Shown here in pieces: positions 18,277 through 25,701 of a stretch of 31,450 bases of DNA. Both the position numbers and the translations under genes were made by a program. Origin of the DNA: an uncultured bacterium (GTDB lineage: Bacteria; Abyssobacteria; SURF-5); assembly GCA_965602895.1 (NCBI GenBank), contig CBFDAY010000001.1:1-31450 (forward strand), in the 5' to 3' direction. The first letter of the stretch is position 1. The number at the start of each line of letters is the position of its first letter. The notes under the pieces are model-generated. The model was given only the letters and a program-made list of their open reading frames with translations, made no database searches and was not told the DNA's origin.

Positions 18277-19890
18277 ATGCCGCTCATTCGAATAGACAGA
18301 CGCGAAATCGAGGTCGACGAAGGTACGACAATCATGCAGGCGGCCGACAAGCTCGGCATCTTCATACCTCGCTATTGCTACCATCCGGGCCTCAGCATCG
18401 CCGGCTGCTGCCGCATATGCATAGTCGAGGTGGAGGAATCGCCCAAGCTCCTGACCGCCTGCTCGACACCCGTGCAGGAGGGGATGGTCGTCCGCACCGA
18501 CACCGAGCGCGTAAAAACGGCGCAGCGCACGGTCATGGAGTTTCTCCTGTTGAACCACCCGCTCGACTGCCCCGTCTGCGACCAGGCCGGCGAGTGCGAG
18601 CTGCAGGACTACAGCTACATCTACGGTTTTGCTGAAAGCCGGTTCCGCGAGCGCAAGATAAAGCAACGGAAAAAGGACGTCGGCCGGGATCTGCTTCTCT
18701 ACGCCGACCGCTGCATCATGTGCACGCGCTGCGTGCGGTTCGCGAGCGAGGTCTCGGGATACGGCCAGGTAGGCGTATTCAATCGCGGCGCGCACACGGA
18801 GATCGACGTGTTTCCGGGATTCCGCATCGACGACCTGCTGGCCGGCAACATCGCCGACATCTGCCCCGTCGGCGCGTTCTTGAGCAGGGACTTCCTGTTC
18901 AAGCGGCGCGTGTGGGAGCTGGCGAGCACACCAGGCATATGTCCCGCGTGCTCGGTCGGATGCAACGTGCTGCTCGACCACGCCGACGGCGAAATCATGA
19001 GGCTGCGGCCCCGATATAATCCCCGCGTCAACGGCCATTGGATGTGCGACGTCGGGCGCATGGACTACAGGCTGGTGAGCGGCCCCGACCGCTTAAAGAG
19101 TCCGTTGTTGCGGGAAGGCGTATCACTCGAGTAAATCCCCTGGCGCGAAGCGCTCGCCGGGGCTTCGGCGCGCCTGAAAGAGATCGTCAAAGGGGGCGGC
19201 GCCGACTCGGTCGGTTTCGCTGTGTCTTCCGATGCGACAAACGAAGAGGCGTTTGCGCTTGCAAGGCTTGCGGCCGGGATGGATTCGGCCCATAATCTCC
19301 GGCTGCTTCCCGGCGCCAGGGCAGAGCGCGAGGAATTTGCGGGAGGATTCGTCATCGAGAGCGACCGTTCTCCCAACGAGCGGGGAGTGCTCGACGCGCT
19401 CAGGCACTTCGCGCCTTCCGGCTCGGAGCAGACCCCGACCGATCTTGAGGCCCTCGCCGGCAAGAAGGCGCTGTATGTCCTCTGCGGGCCGCACTCGGAT
19501 TCCGCTTCCATCGATATTCTCGCAAGGGCCGTCGCCGAGGCGGAGTTCTCGATCGTCCAGGCCACACTGCCGTCAGCGCTGACCGAGGGCGCCGACGCGG
19601 TTTTCCCCGGCGCGGCATATGCGGAAAAGGACGGCTCATATACGAATTCGCTCGGGATCGTTCAGCGCATCCGCCCCGCGTTCGACCCGCCGGGCGAGGC
19701 GGAGCGGGATATCAACATCCTGGTGGATTTTGCGGACGCGATGGGAGTCGCACTCGGATTTGAGACTGTGGCCGAGGCGTCATCCGCGATCGGGCGCGAA
19801 ATCGAAGGTTACGTGGAGCTTGAGCAGATCGGCGAGACCGGCCGGCCGTTGTCTTCCTCCCGGGCCGGCTCTTTCATGAAAGGTCAATAA
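18277..19890 (+). CDS. nuoG: NADH-quinone oxidoreductase subunit G, short form (537 codons), interrupted by an in-frame TAA at 19132-19134 (pseudogene or sequencing error)
   Basis: ORFs 18277-19134 and 19222-19890 share a frame; the 29 codons between them (IPWREALAGASARLKEIVKGGGADSVGFA) are stop-free and NuoG-like; N1b, N5 (HPLDCPVCDQAGEC), N4 (CIMCTRC...C) and N7 (CPACSVGC...C) motifs present. Confidence 0.9.
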
Positions 19891-19892
19891 TC

Positions 19893-20936
19893 TTGGGGGA
19901 GCATTTCGTCATAGCCGCCATCGCGCTCGTTAAGGCGCTCATTGTCTTCGTCGCTATCCAGGTGACCATCATGTTTCTGACGTTGGCCGAAAGGCGCGTG
20001 AGCGCGTTCATACAGGACAGGCTCGGTCCGAACCGGGTCGGCTGGCAGGGCCTGCTCCAGCCGGTGGCCGACGGGCTGAAGTTCCTGTTCAAGGAAGACA
20101 TTATTCCCGCGCGGGCCGACGTTGTGATCTATCTCATTGCGCCCGCCATGATCGTGATCCCCGCCTTCATGACTTTCGCGGTCATCCCGTTCGGGGATTC
20201 CATTACGCTGGCGGGCAGGCAGATTCGGTTTCAGATCGCCGACATCAACATAGGTTTTCTTTATATCATCGCGATGGCTTCCATCAGCCTCTACGGCATC
20301 ATTTTCGGGTCGTGGGCGTCGTCGAACAAGTATTCGATGATGGGCGGCCTGCGGGCTTGCGCGCAGATGATAAGCTACGAGATACCGCTGGGGCTGTCGA
20401 TCATAGGTGTGCTGATGATGACGGGTACGCTCCGGCTCGACAGGATCGTCGAAATGCAAACCGCGTACATCTGGGGCGTGATACCTCGCTGGAATATCCT
20501 GTTCCAGCCGCTCGCGTTCCTGCTTTTCCTGGTTTCGGCCGTGGCCGAGAACAACCGCCTTCCTTTCGATTTCCCCGAGGCCGAGCAGGAGCTTGTGGGC
20601 GGTTACCACACCGAATACAGCAGCATCAAGTTTGCCATGTTTTTCATGGCCGAATACGCCGCCATGATAACGAGTTCGGCGCTCGTGGTGATCCTGTTCT
20701 TCGGAGGCTGGCATGTGCCCGGCATAGGCGCGCTGGGGCTCCCGCCGCTCCTCCGGGAATTGATACAGGTGGGCGCGTTCGCGGTGAAGGTGGCGGTATT
20801 TTTGTTTGTTTACCTGTGGGTCCGCTGGACGTTTCCGCGGTTTCGCTACGACCAGCTCATGCGGCTCTGCTGGAAGACCCTCCTGCCGCTCGCGCTGGCA
20901 AATATCTTCCTGACGGGCATTGTGATGGCGATATAG
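19893..20936 (+). CDS. nuoH: NADH-quinone oxidoreductase subunit H
   Basis: AERRVSAFIQDRLGPNRVG, QPVADGLK, NRLPFDFPEAEQELVGGYHTEYS, FPRFRYDQLM; TTG start. Confidence 0.97.
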   Translation: MGEHFVIAAIALVKALIVFVAIQVTIMFLTLAERRVSAFIQDRLGPNRVGWQGLLQPVADGLKFLFKEDIIPARADVVIYLIAPAMIVIPAFMTFAVIPFGDSITLAGRQIRFQIADINIGFLYIIAMASISLYGIIFGSWASSNKYSMMGGLRACAQMISYEIPLGLSIIGVLMMTGTLRLDRIVEMQTAYIWGVIPRWNILFQPLAFLLFLVSAVAENNRLPFDFPEAEQELVGGYHTEYSSIKFAMFFMAEYAAMITSSALVVILFFGGWHVPGIGALGLPPLLRELIQVGAFAVKVAVFLFVYLWVRWTFPRFRYDQLMRLCWKTLLPLALANIFLTGIVMAI

Positions 20937-20953
20937 GACATGGAGCTTTGACG

Positions 20954-21481
20954 ATGAGTGGAAAAGACGGGCCACCGGATAGGGCCGGGGCGTACAAGAG
21001 AGAAGAATACGAGATGACCCCGGCCGACCGGATGTATCTGCCCGCTTTGCTCAAGGGATTGACCGGAACCCTGAGGCATCTGTTTGAAAAGAAGTTCACG
21101 GTCCAGTATCCGGAAGAACGGGCGCGGGTGTCTCCGCGTTTTCGCGGCTTGCACCGGCTCAACAAGGACGAGCTCGGGCGGGTGAAATGCGTCGCGTGTT
21201 TCATGTGTTCCACGGCCTGTCCTGCGCGCTGCATCTATATCGTCGGCGCCGAAGCGCCCTGGCCCGACCGCGAGAAGTATCCGGTTCGCTTCGATATCGA
21301 CGAGCTTCGCTGCATATACTGCGGCATGTGCGAGGAGGCCTGCCCCGAGGAAGCCATCGAGCTGACCCAGATTTATGACTATGTAGGAAGCACTCGAAGG
21401 GGACTCATTTACACAAAGGAGATGCTCTTGGAGGTTTACGACAAGACGAAAGATCAAGGCGGCATGAAGAAATGGGACTAG
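20954..21481 (+). CDS. nuoI: NADH-quinone oxidoreductase subunit I
   Basis: TVQYPEE, RFRGLH, CVACFMCSTACP and CIYCGMCEEACP; ATG 20954 with SD GGAG. Confidence 0.96.
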   Translation: MSGKDGPPDRAGAYKREEYEMTPADRMYLPALLKGLTGTLRHLFEKKFTVQYPEERARVSPRFRGLHRLNKDELGRVKCVACFMCSTACPARCIYIVGAEAPWPDREKYPVRFDIDELRCIYCGMCEEACPEEAIELTQIYDYVGSTRRGLIYTKEMLLEVYDKTKDQGGMKKWD

Positions 21482-22128
21482 TCGCTTATCTTATGTTCGG
21501 AGCATTGGCGGGACTGACGGCGATCAGGGCCGCAAGGTCGCGCGGCCGGGGCGAGCTTGCGGTGTGGGCGGCGGCCGTATGCGGGTTTGCGCTGGTCGCG
21601 GCGGTTGCGGCGTTTCGCGGCGTAAACGAGTTCTCCGACTTCATCTTTTACTTCGTGGCGCTTGTGTCGGTCGTCTCCGCGCTCAGGGTTGTGACCCAGA
21701 CCAATCCCGTGCACAGCGCGGTCTGGCTCATCACGGTCTTTTTGTGCATGGCGGTGCTGTTCGTGCTCCGGAGCGCCGAGTTTCTGGCCGCGGTGCAGGT
21801 AATCATATATGCCGGCGCCATCATGGTGCTCTACGTGTTCATCATCATGTTTGTCGAAGTCGACACTCAGGACGAGGAGCCGGCGCCGTGGTGGATGGTC
21901 GCCGGCATGCTCGCGATAGTGACCGTCCTCTTGCTGGTGGTTGCGCCGATCGCCGCAGGGCTGCGCCCCGAGGCGCCGGTTCGGGCGTCCGCGTCCGGCT
22001 ACGGCGCCGTCGAGAGAATGGGCGCGGCAATCTATTTCAACGCAACGCTGCCCTTTGAGGTGGTGTCGCTCATATTGCTCGTGGCGCTGGTGGGCGCCGT
22101 ATTGATAGGGAAGGCCGAGAGGGAATAG
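21472..22128 (+). CDS. nuoJ: NADH-quinone oxidoreductase subunit J with an ~50-aa N-terminal extension
   Basis: TNPVHSAVWL, AEFLAAVQVIIYAGAIMVLYVF, LPFEVVSLILLVALVGAV. Confidence 0.94.
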   Translation: MGLVAYLMFGALAGLTAIRAARSRGRGELAVWAAAVCGFALVAAVAAFRGVNEFSDFIFYFVALVSVVSALRVVTQTNPVHSAVWLITVFLCMAVLFVLRSAEFLAAVQVIIYAGAIMVLYVFIIMFVEVDTQDEEPAPWWMVAGMLAIVTVLLLVVAPIAAGLRPEAPVRASASGYGAVERMGAAIYFNATLPFEVVSLILLVALVGAVLIGKAERE

Positions 22129-22130
22129 AT

Positions 22131-22433
22131 TTGGTCACGGCATCGGAATACATGATACTAAGCGCGGCGCTGTTTGCGATCGGGGCCATGGGCTTCATGC
22201 TTCGGCGCAATATCATAGTAATGTTCATGTCGGCCGAGCTGATGCTGAACGCGGTCAACCTCAACTTCATCGCGTTTTCGGCCGAGTGGGCGAACTCCGC
22301 CGGCGAGACCTTCGCCGTGTTTGTGATAGCCGTTGCCGCCGCGGAGGCCGCCATAGGGCTGGCGATCCTGATGCTTCTTTTCAGGGCGCGCGCCACGGTG
22401 AGTTCCGACGACTGGAGGGGGCTGAAGGGTTGA
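22131..22433 (+). CDS. nuoK: NADH-quinone oxidoreductase subunit K
   Basis: RRNIIVMFMSAELMLNAVNL, VAAAEAAIGLAI (both conserved Glu); TTG start. Confidence 0.96.
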   Translation: MVTASEYMILSAALFAIGAMGFMLRRNIIVMFMSAELMLNAVNLNFIAFSAEWANSAGETFAVFVIAVAAAEAAIGLAILMLLFRARATVSSDDWRGLKG

Positions 22434-22478
22434 GCGTGCAATGTGCGATGAAAGCGATCCGGGCCGCGTGGAGGTGAC

Positions 22479-23966
22479 ATGAATTTAGAGGGTGGCTTAA
22501 AGCTGGTGGCTCCCGAGGCGTTTCTTTCCGTCGCGGCGATGGCGATCTTGCTGCTGGGCGCGATCCTTGGCGATCGCGCAAGGGCCCGGCTTGGGCATGC
22601 GACGCTTGGCGCGCTCATAGTCGCGGGGCTTCTCGTGTCGAGGGTCGACCTCGACGAAGCCTGCTTCGGCTTTTCAGGAATGTTCGCGCAGGACGGATTC
22701 GCCGTGGCTTTCAAGATGATATTCCTGCTTGTCGGGATATTGACCGTGCTTGTCTCGTTCGACTTCCTCCGTGCGCGCAGCATTCCCAGCGGCGAGTTTT
22801 GCGCGCTGCTGCTGTTTTCAATAGTCGGGATGATGCTGCTCGCCTCGGCCCATGACTTCATGTTGTTGTTTGTGGGGCTGGAGCTTACGTCGCTGTCGAC
22901 CTATATCCTCGTCGGCCTGATGAAGAAGGACTTGTGGTCGAATGAGGCGGCGATAAAGTATTTCCTGCTCAGTATATTCGCCTCGGCGGTCTTGCTGTTT
23001 GGAATATCCGTCCTGTACGCGGCCGTGGGGACAACTAATTTCGCGCAGATCCAAAAGCAGATGGGCGAGGTCGTCGCCCGGTCGCATGGCGCGGCGATCT
23101 TGGCCGCGGTGTTTATTCTGGCCGGATTCGGATTCAAGATCACGGCCGTGCCGTTTCATATGTACGCGCCGGACGTGTATCAGGGCGCGCCGACGCCGGT
23201 GACGATTTTCCTTTCGGTCGGCCCGAAGGCCGCCGCTTTTGCGGGCCTGGTGCGGGTGCTTGCGGCAGGCGGGCCCGCGATGGCCGCCGACTGGCTGCCG
23301 TTGGTGAGCGCCCTGGCCGTGCTGACAATGACCGTGGGCAACTTGGCCGCGGTCGTCCAGAGCAACGTCACGCGATTGCGGGCCTACGCGAGCGGCGCGC
23401 ACTCGGGATACGTGCTCATGGGAGTCGCCGCCATAGTCGGCGACAGCGGCTCTACTGCCGGCGCGCCGGGAATTGCGGCCAGTGTGGTTTTCTACCTGTT
23501 CGCATATACGATCATGAACGTCGGCGCCTTCAGCCTCTTGATGTGCATGAGGCGCGGCGACGGGTTTGGAGAGGAGCTTTCCGATTTCTCCGGCCTGGGC
23601 AGGCGCAGACCGGCGGTCGCGGCCGCCATGGTGCTGTTCCTGCTGTCGCTGGCGGGGATTCCGCCCACGATAGGCTTTCTCGGCAAGCTCTATATTTTTA
23701 CGGCGGCGATGCGCGCCGGACTGTATTGGCTTGCCGTGGCGGGTGTTGTGAACGTTGTGATTTCGCTTTTCTACTACGCCCGGATTGTCGTATACATGTT
23801 CATGCGGGAGCAGGAAGTCGAAGTGAGCGACGTGAGGTCGCTCCCGCTGGGGCTGGCGATGGGAATTACGGCGGCTGCGACCGTTGTTCTGGGCGTGTTT
23901 CCCCAGGCCGTTCTGTCCGCAATCGAGCGGTCGGCAGCCATATTTGCAGGAGGGATCTTTTCATGA
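22479..23966 (+). CDS. nuoN: NADH-quinone oxidoreductase subunit N
   Basis: PE in TM1, GLELTSL, EAAIKYF, GFKITAVPFHMYAPDVYQGAPTP, SLAGIPPTIGFLGK, ISLFYY. Confidence 0.95.
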   Translation: MNLEGGLKLVAPEAFLSVAAMAILLLGAILGDRARARLGHATLGALIVAGLLVSRVDLDEACFGFSGMFAQDGFAVAFKMIFLLVGILTVLVSFDFLRARSIPSGEFCALLLFSIVGMMLLASAHDFMLLFVGLELTSLSTYILVGLMKKDLWSNEAAIKYFLLSIFASAVLLFGISVLYAAVGTTNFAQIQKQMGEVVARSHGAAILAAVFILAGFGFKITAVPFHMYAPDVYQGAPTPVTIFLSVGPKAAAFAGLVRVLAAGGPAMAADWLPLVSALAVLTMTVGNLAAVVQSNVTRLRAYASGAHSGYVLMGVAAIVGDSGSTAGAPGIAASVVFYLFAYTIMNVGAFSLLMCMRRGDGFGEELSDFSGLGRRRPAVAAAMVLFLLSLAGIPPTIGFLGKLYIFTAAMRAGLYWLAVAGVVNVVISLFYYARIVVYMFMREQEVEVSDVRSLPLGLAMGITAAATVVLGVFPQAVLSAIERSAAIFAGGIFS

Positions 23967-24700
23967 AATGCCCTGAGTGCGGAACGGAAAACACTGGAGA
24001 CCATAAGTTCTGCGGCAATTGCGGCGGAGCCCTCGGCGAGGCGAGCGTCGGCGACCTGTTCGAGAGAGCGTTCAAGAGCGAGGCCAGGGGCGACCTCGAA
24101 GCCGCGCTCGAAATATATGGCCGACTGAGCGACAAGAAGCCCGAAAGCCAGGAAATCCTTTTCAAGGTGGGCATGGTCTGCTATGAGCTTGGCCGCGTGG
24201 ACGAGGCCATAGAGAAGTTCCAGAAGATCATCGAGGAAAACCCGCGATTTATCTACGCGCATTTTCGGCTGGGTTTGTGCCGTTATCAGAAGTGCATGAT
24301 CGAGGAGGCCATAGGCTCCTATTCCGCCGCGCTTGCGACCACGCCCGACTTTGTTCCGGCCTTGCTGCAGCTTGGGCTCGCGCAGTTTCACATAGGTCGC
24401 CTGGAGAAGGCCGCCGAAGCTTTTCAAAAAGTCGTTGAGTGCGGGCGTTCCCATACCATCGCCCATTACTATCTCGGCCTTGTCTATGAGCGCATGAGGC
24501 GTTCGGACGAAGCAATCGAGCAGTTCAATATTGTCGTGAAAGAGAATCCGGACGACCCCTCCACGCATTATCACCTGGGAATCCTTTACAAGCGTAAGTT
24601 CATGCGCGACGCGGCCATCGGCGAGCTTATGAGGGCGCATCAGCTCGATCCCGACGACAATTCGACGCTTGAGGAGCTGAGTTCCCTGCAGCAGAAGTAG
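23963..24700 (+). CDS. Zn-ribbon plus TPR-repeat protein (245 aa)
   Basis: MKCPECG...KFCGNCGG followed by about 6 TPR-like 34-aa repeats (e.g. AHYYLGLVYERMRRSDEAIEQFNIVVKENPDD); ATGA overlap with the nuoN stop. Confidence 0.88.
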   Translation: MKCPECGTENTGDHKFCGNCGGALGEASVGDLFERAFKSEARGDLEAALEIYGRLSDKKPESQEILFKVGMVCYELGRVDEAIEKFQKIIEENPRFIYAHFRLGLCRYQKCMIEEAIGSYSAALATTPDFVPALLQLGLAQFHIGRLEKAAEAFQKVVECGRSHTIAHYYLGLVYERMRRSDEAIEQFNIVVKENPDDPSTHYHLGILYKRKFMRDAAIGELMRAHQLDPDDNSTLEELSSLQQK

Positions 24701-24818
24701 GCATCAACACAGAGGCCGGCTTTGCGCGCATTCGTCGCCACGCGGTCATTCCTCACGAATTCTCTCTGCTTGTCGGATACAAGAAGCAGGCGTGAACGCT
24801 CGGCGGCGGGGCGCGGGA

Positions 24819-25520
24819 TCAGGAGTTTTTTGCGGGGCCTCGGCGCGACTTCTCGATTGCCTGTGATTCGCGGATGTAGATAGGCTCCAGCGTTTCGATG
24901 TCGGCGAAGTCCTGCCGCTTGAGCTTTTCGACCGCCAGAAATCCGACGATCGACGCGCGCGCGCCGGCGATGCCGTGCAAAGCGAAATGGGCGCGGTCAC
25001 CCATGATCGCGCTGATTTCGGTCCGGTATTTCTCGGCTCCCGACCCGAAGAAGAGCGCCTTTTGTTTTGCATCTTTCAGGAGATCGGCGACGGGGAGCAC
25101 AAGGTCCTCGGAGCGTCGAGCCATCTTGCCCTCTCCCGTTTCGAACCATGCCGCGTATACCTCCTTCATCTTCGCATCGATCATGGGGCAGAGCAGATGC
25201 GGGCAGTATGGAAAACTCCAGGCCATGGCCTTGAGCGTTGGTATTCCCACGAGCGGCTTGGAAGCCGCCACGGCGAGCCCCTTTATCGTCGCCATGCCGA
25301 TGCGCAACCCCGTGAAGGAGCCGGGCCCGAGTGTCACGGCGAATCCGTCGAGCCCGTCCGGCGCGCAGCCCGCCGCATTCAGGACGTAGTCGATGGCGGG
25401 CATCAGTTGAGACGAGTGTGTCTCCTGCACGTGGAGCGTGAGTTCGCAGAGCAGCCGATCGTCATCGACGACCGCTACGCTGCCCATCAGGGTTGATGTT
25501 TCAACAGCCAACACTTTCAT
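24819..25520 (-). CDS. tsaB: tRNA threonylcarbamoyladenosine biosynthesis protein TsaB
   Basis: MKVLAVETST, HSSQLMPAID, GPGSFTGLRIG, MIDAKMKEVY, LEPIYIR. Confidence 0.95.
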   Translation of the reverse strand: MKVLAVETSTLMGSVAVVDDDRLLCELTLHVQETHSSQLMPAIDYVLNAAGCAPDGLDGFAVTLGPGSFTGLRIGMATIKGLAVAASKPLVGIPTLKAMAWSFPYCPHLLCPMIDAKMKEVYAAWFETGEGKMARRSEDLVLPVADLLKDAKQKALFFGSGAEKYRTEISAIMGDRAHFALHGIAGARASIVGFLAVEKLKRQDFADIETLEPIYIRESQAIEKSRRGPAKNS

Positions 25521-25581
25521 AGGATTGTCCGCATTATTTCATACCGTCCTCTTTGGTTGGAGGCGCATTGCTCGCACGTTG

Positions 25582-25611
25582 ATATTAAATCGTACGGGAG
25601 CGTGTTGTCAA
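25582..25611 (-). promoter_or_regulatory. Putative sigma70 promoter for tsaB
   Basis: Minus strand: TTGACA (25611-25606), 18-nt spacer, TAATAT (25587-25582). Confidence 0.5.
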
Positions 25612-25643
25612 CAGGTCTGCCTAAAATAGAAGGGATTCGCAGC

Positions 25644-25673
25644 TTGACCGTCAATCGATTGGAATGTTATCAT
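25644..25673 (+). promoter_or_regulatory. Putative sigma70 promoter for the activase
   Basis: TTGACC (25644-25649), 18-nt spacer, TG-n-TATCAT (25665-25673). Confidence 0.55.
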
Positions 25674-25701
25674 GAATATATGCGACTTGGGAGAAACCGT
25701 T

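Noticed and set aside
19132-19134. Stop-codon reassignment or Sec/Pyl insertion as the explanation for the nuoG stop
   Set aside because: The codon is TAA (not TGA or TAG), and TAA terminates rpsQ, rplE, rpsZ, rplF, rpsE, rpsD and nuoB at their expected ends
441-23962. Long N-terminal extensions in the ORF track for rplV (441), rpmC (1951), rplO (5686), nuoD (14411), nuoI (20312) and the TPR gene (23543)
   Set aside because: Each overlaps the upstream gene in another frame and reads as low-information sequence; family-typical starts occur downstream
24750-24795. Imperfect hairpin between the convergent TPR gene and tsaB (CTGCTT...AAGCAG)
   Set aside because: Short, interrupted stem with no U-tract on either strand; too weak to call a terminator or sRNA
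25579-25593. TTGAT-containing sequence as an FNR box upstream of the activase
   Set aside because: Spacing and second half-site do not fit TTGAT-N4-ATCAA
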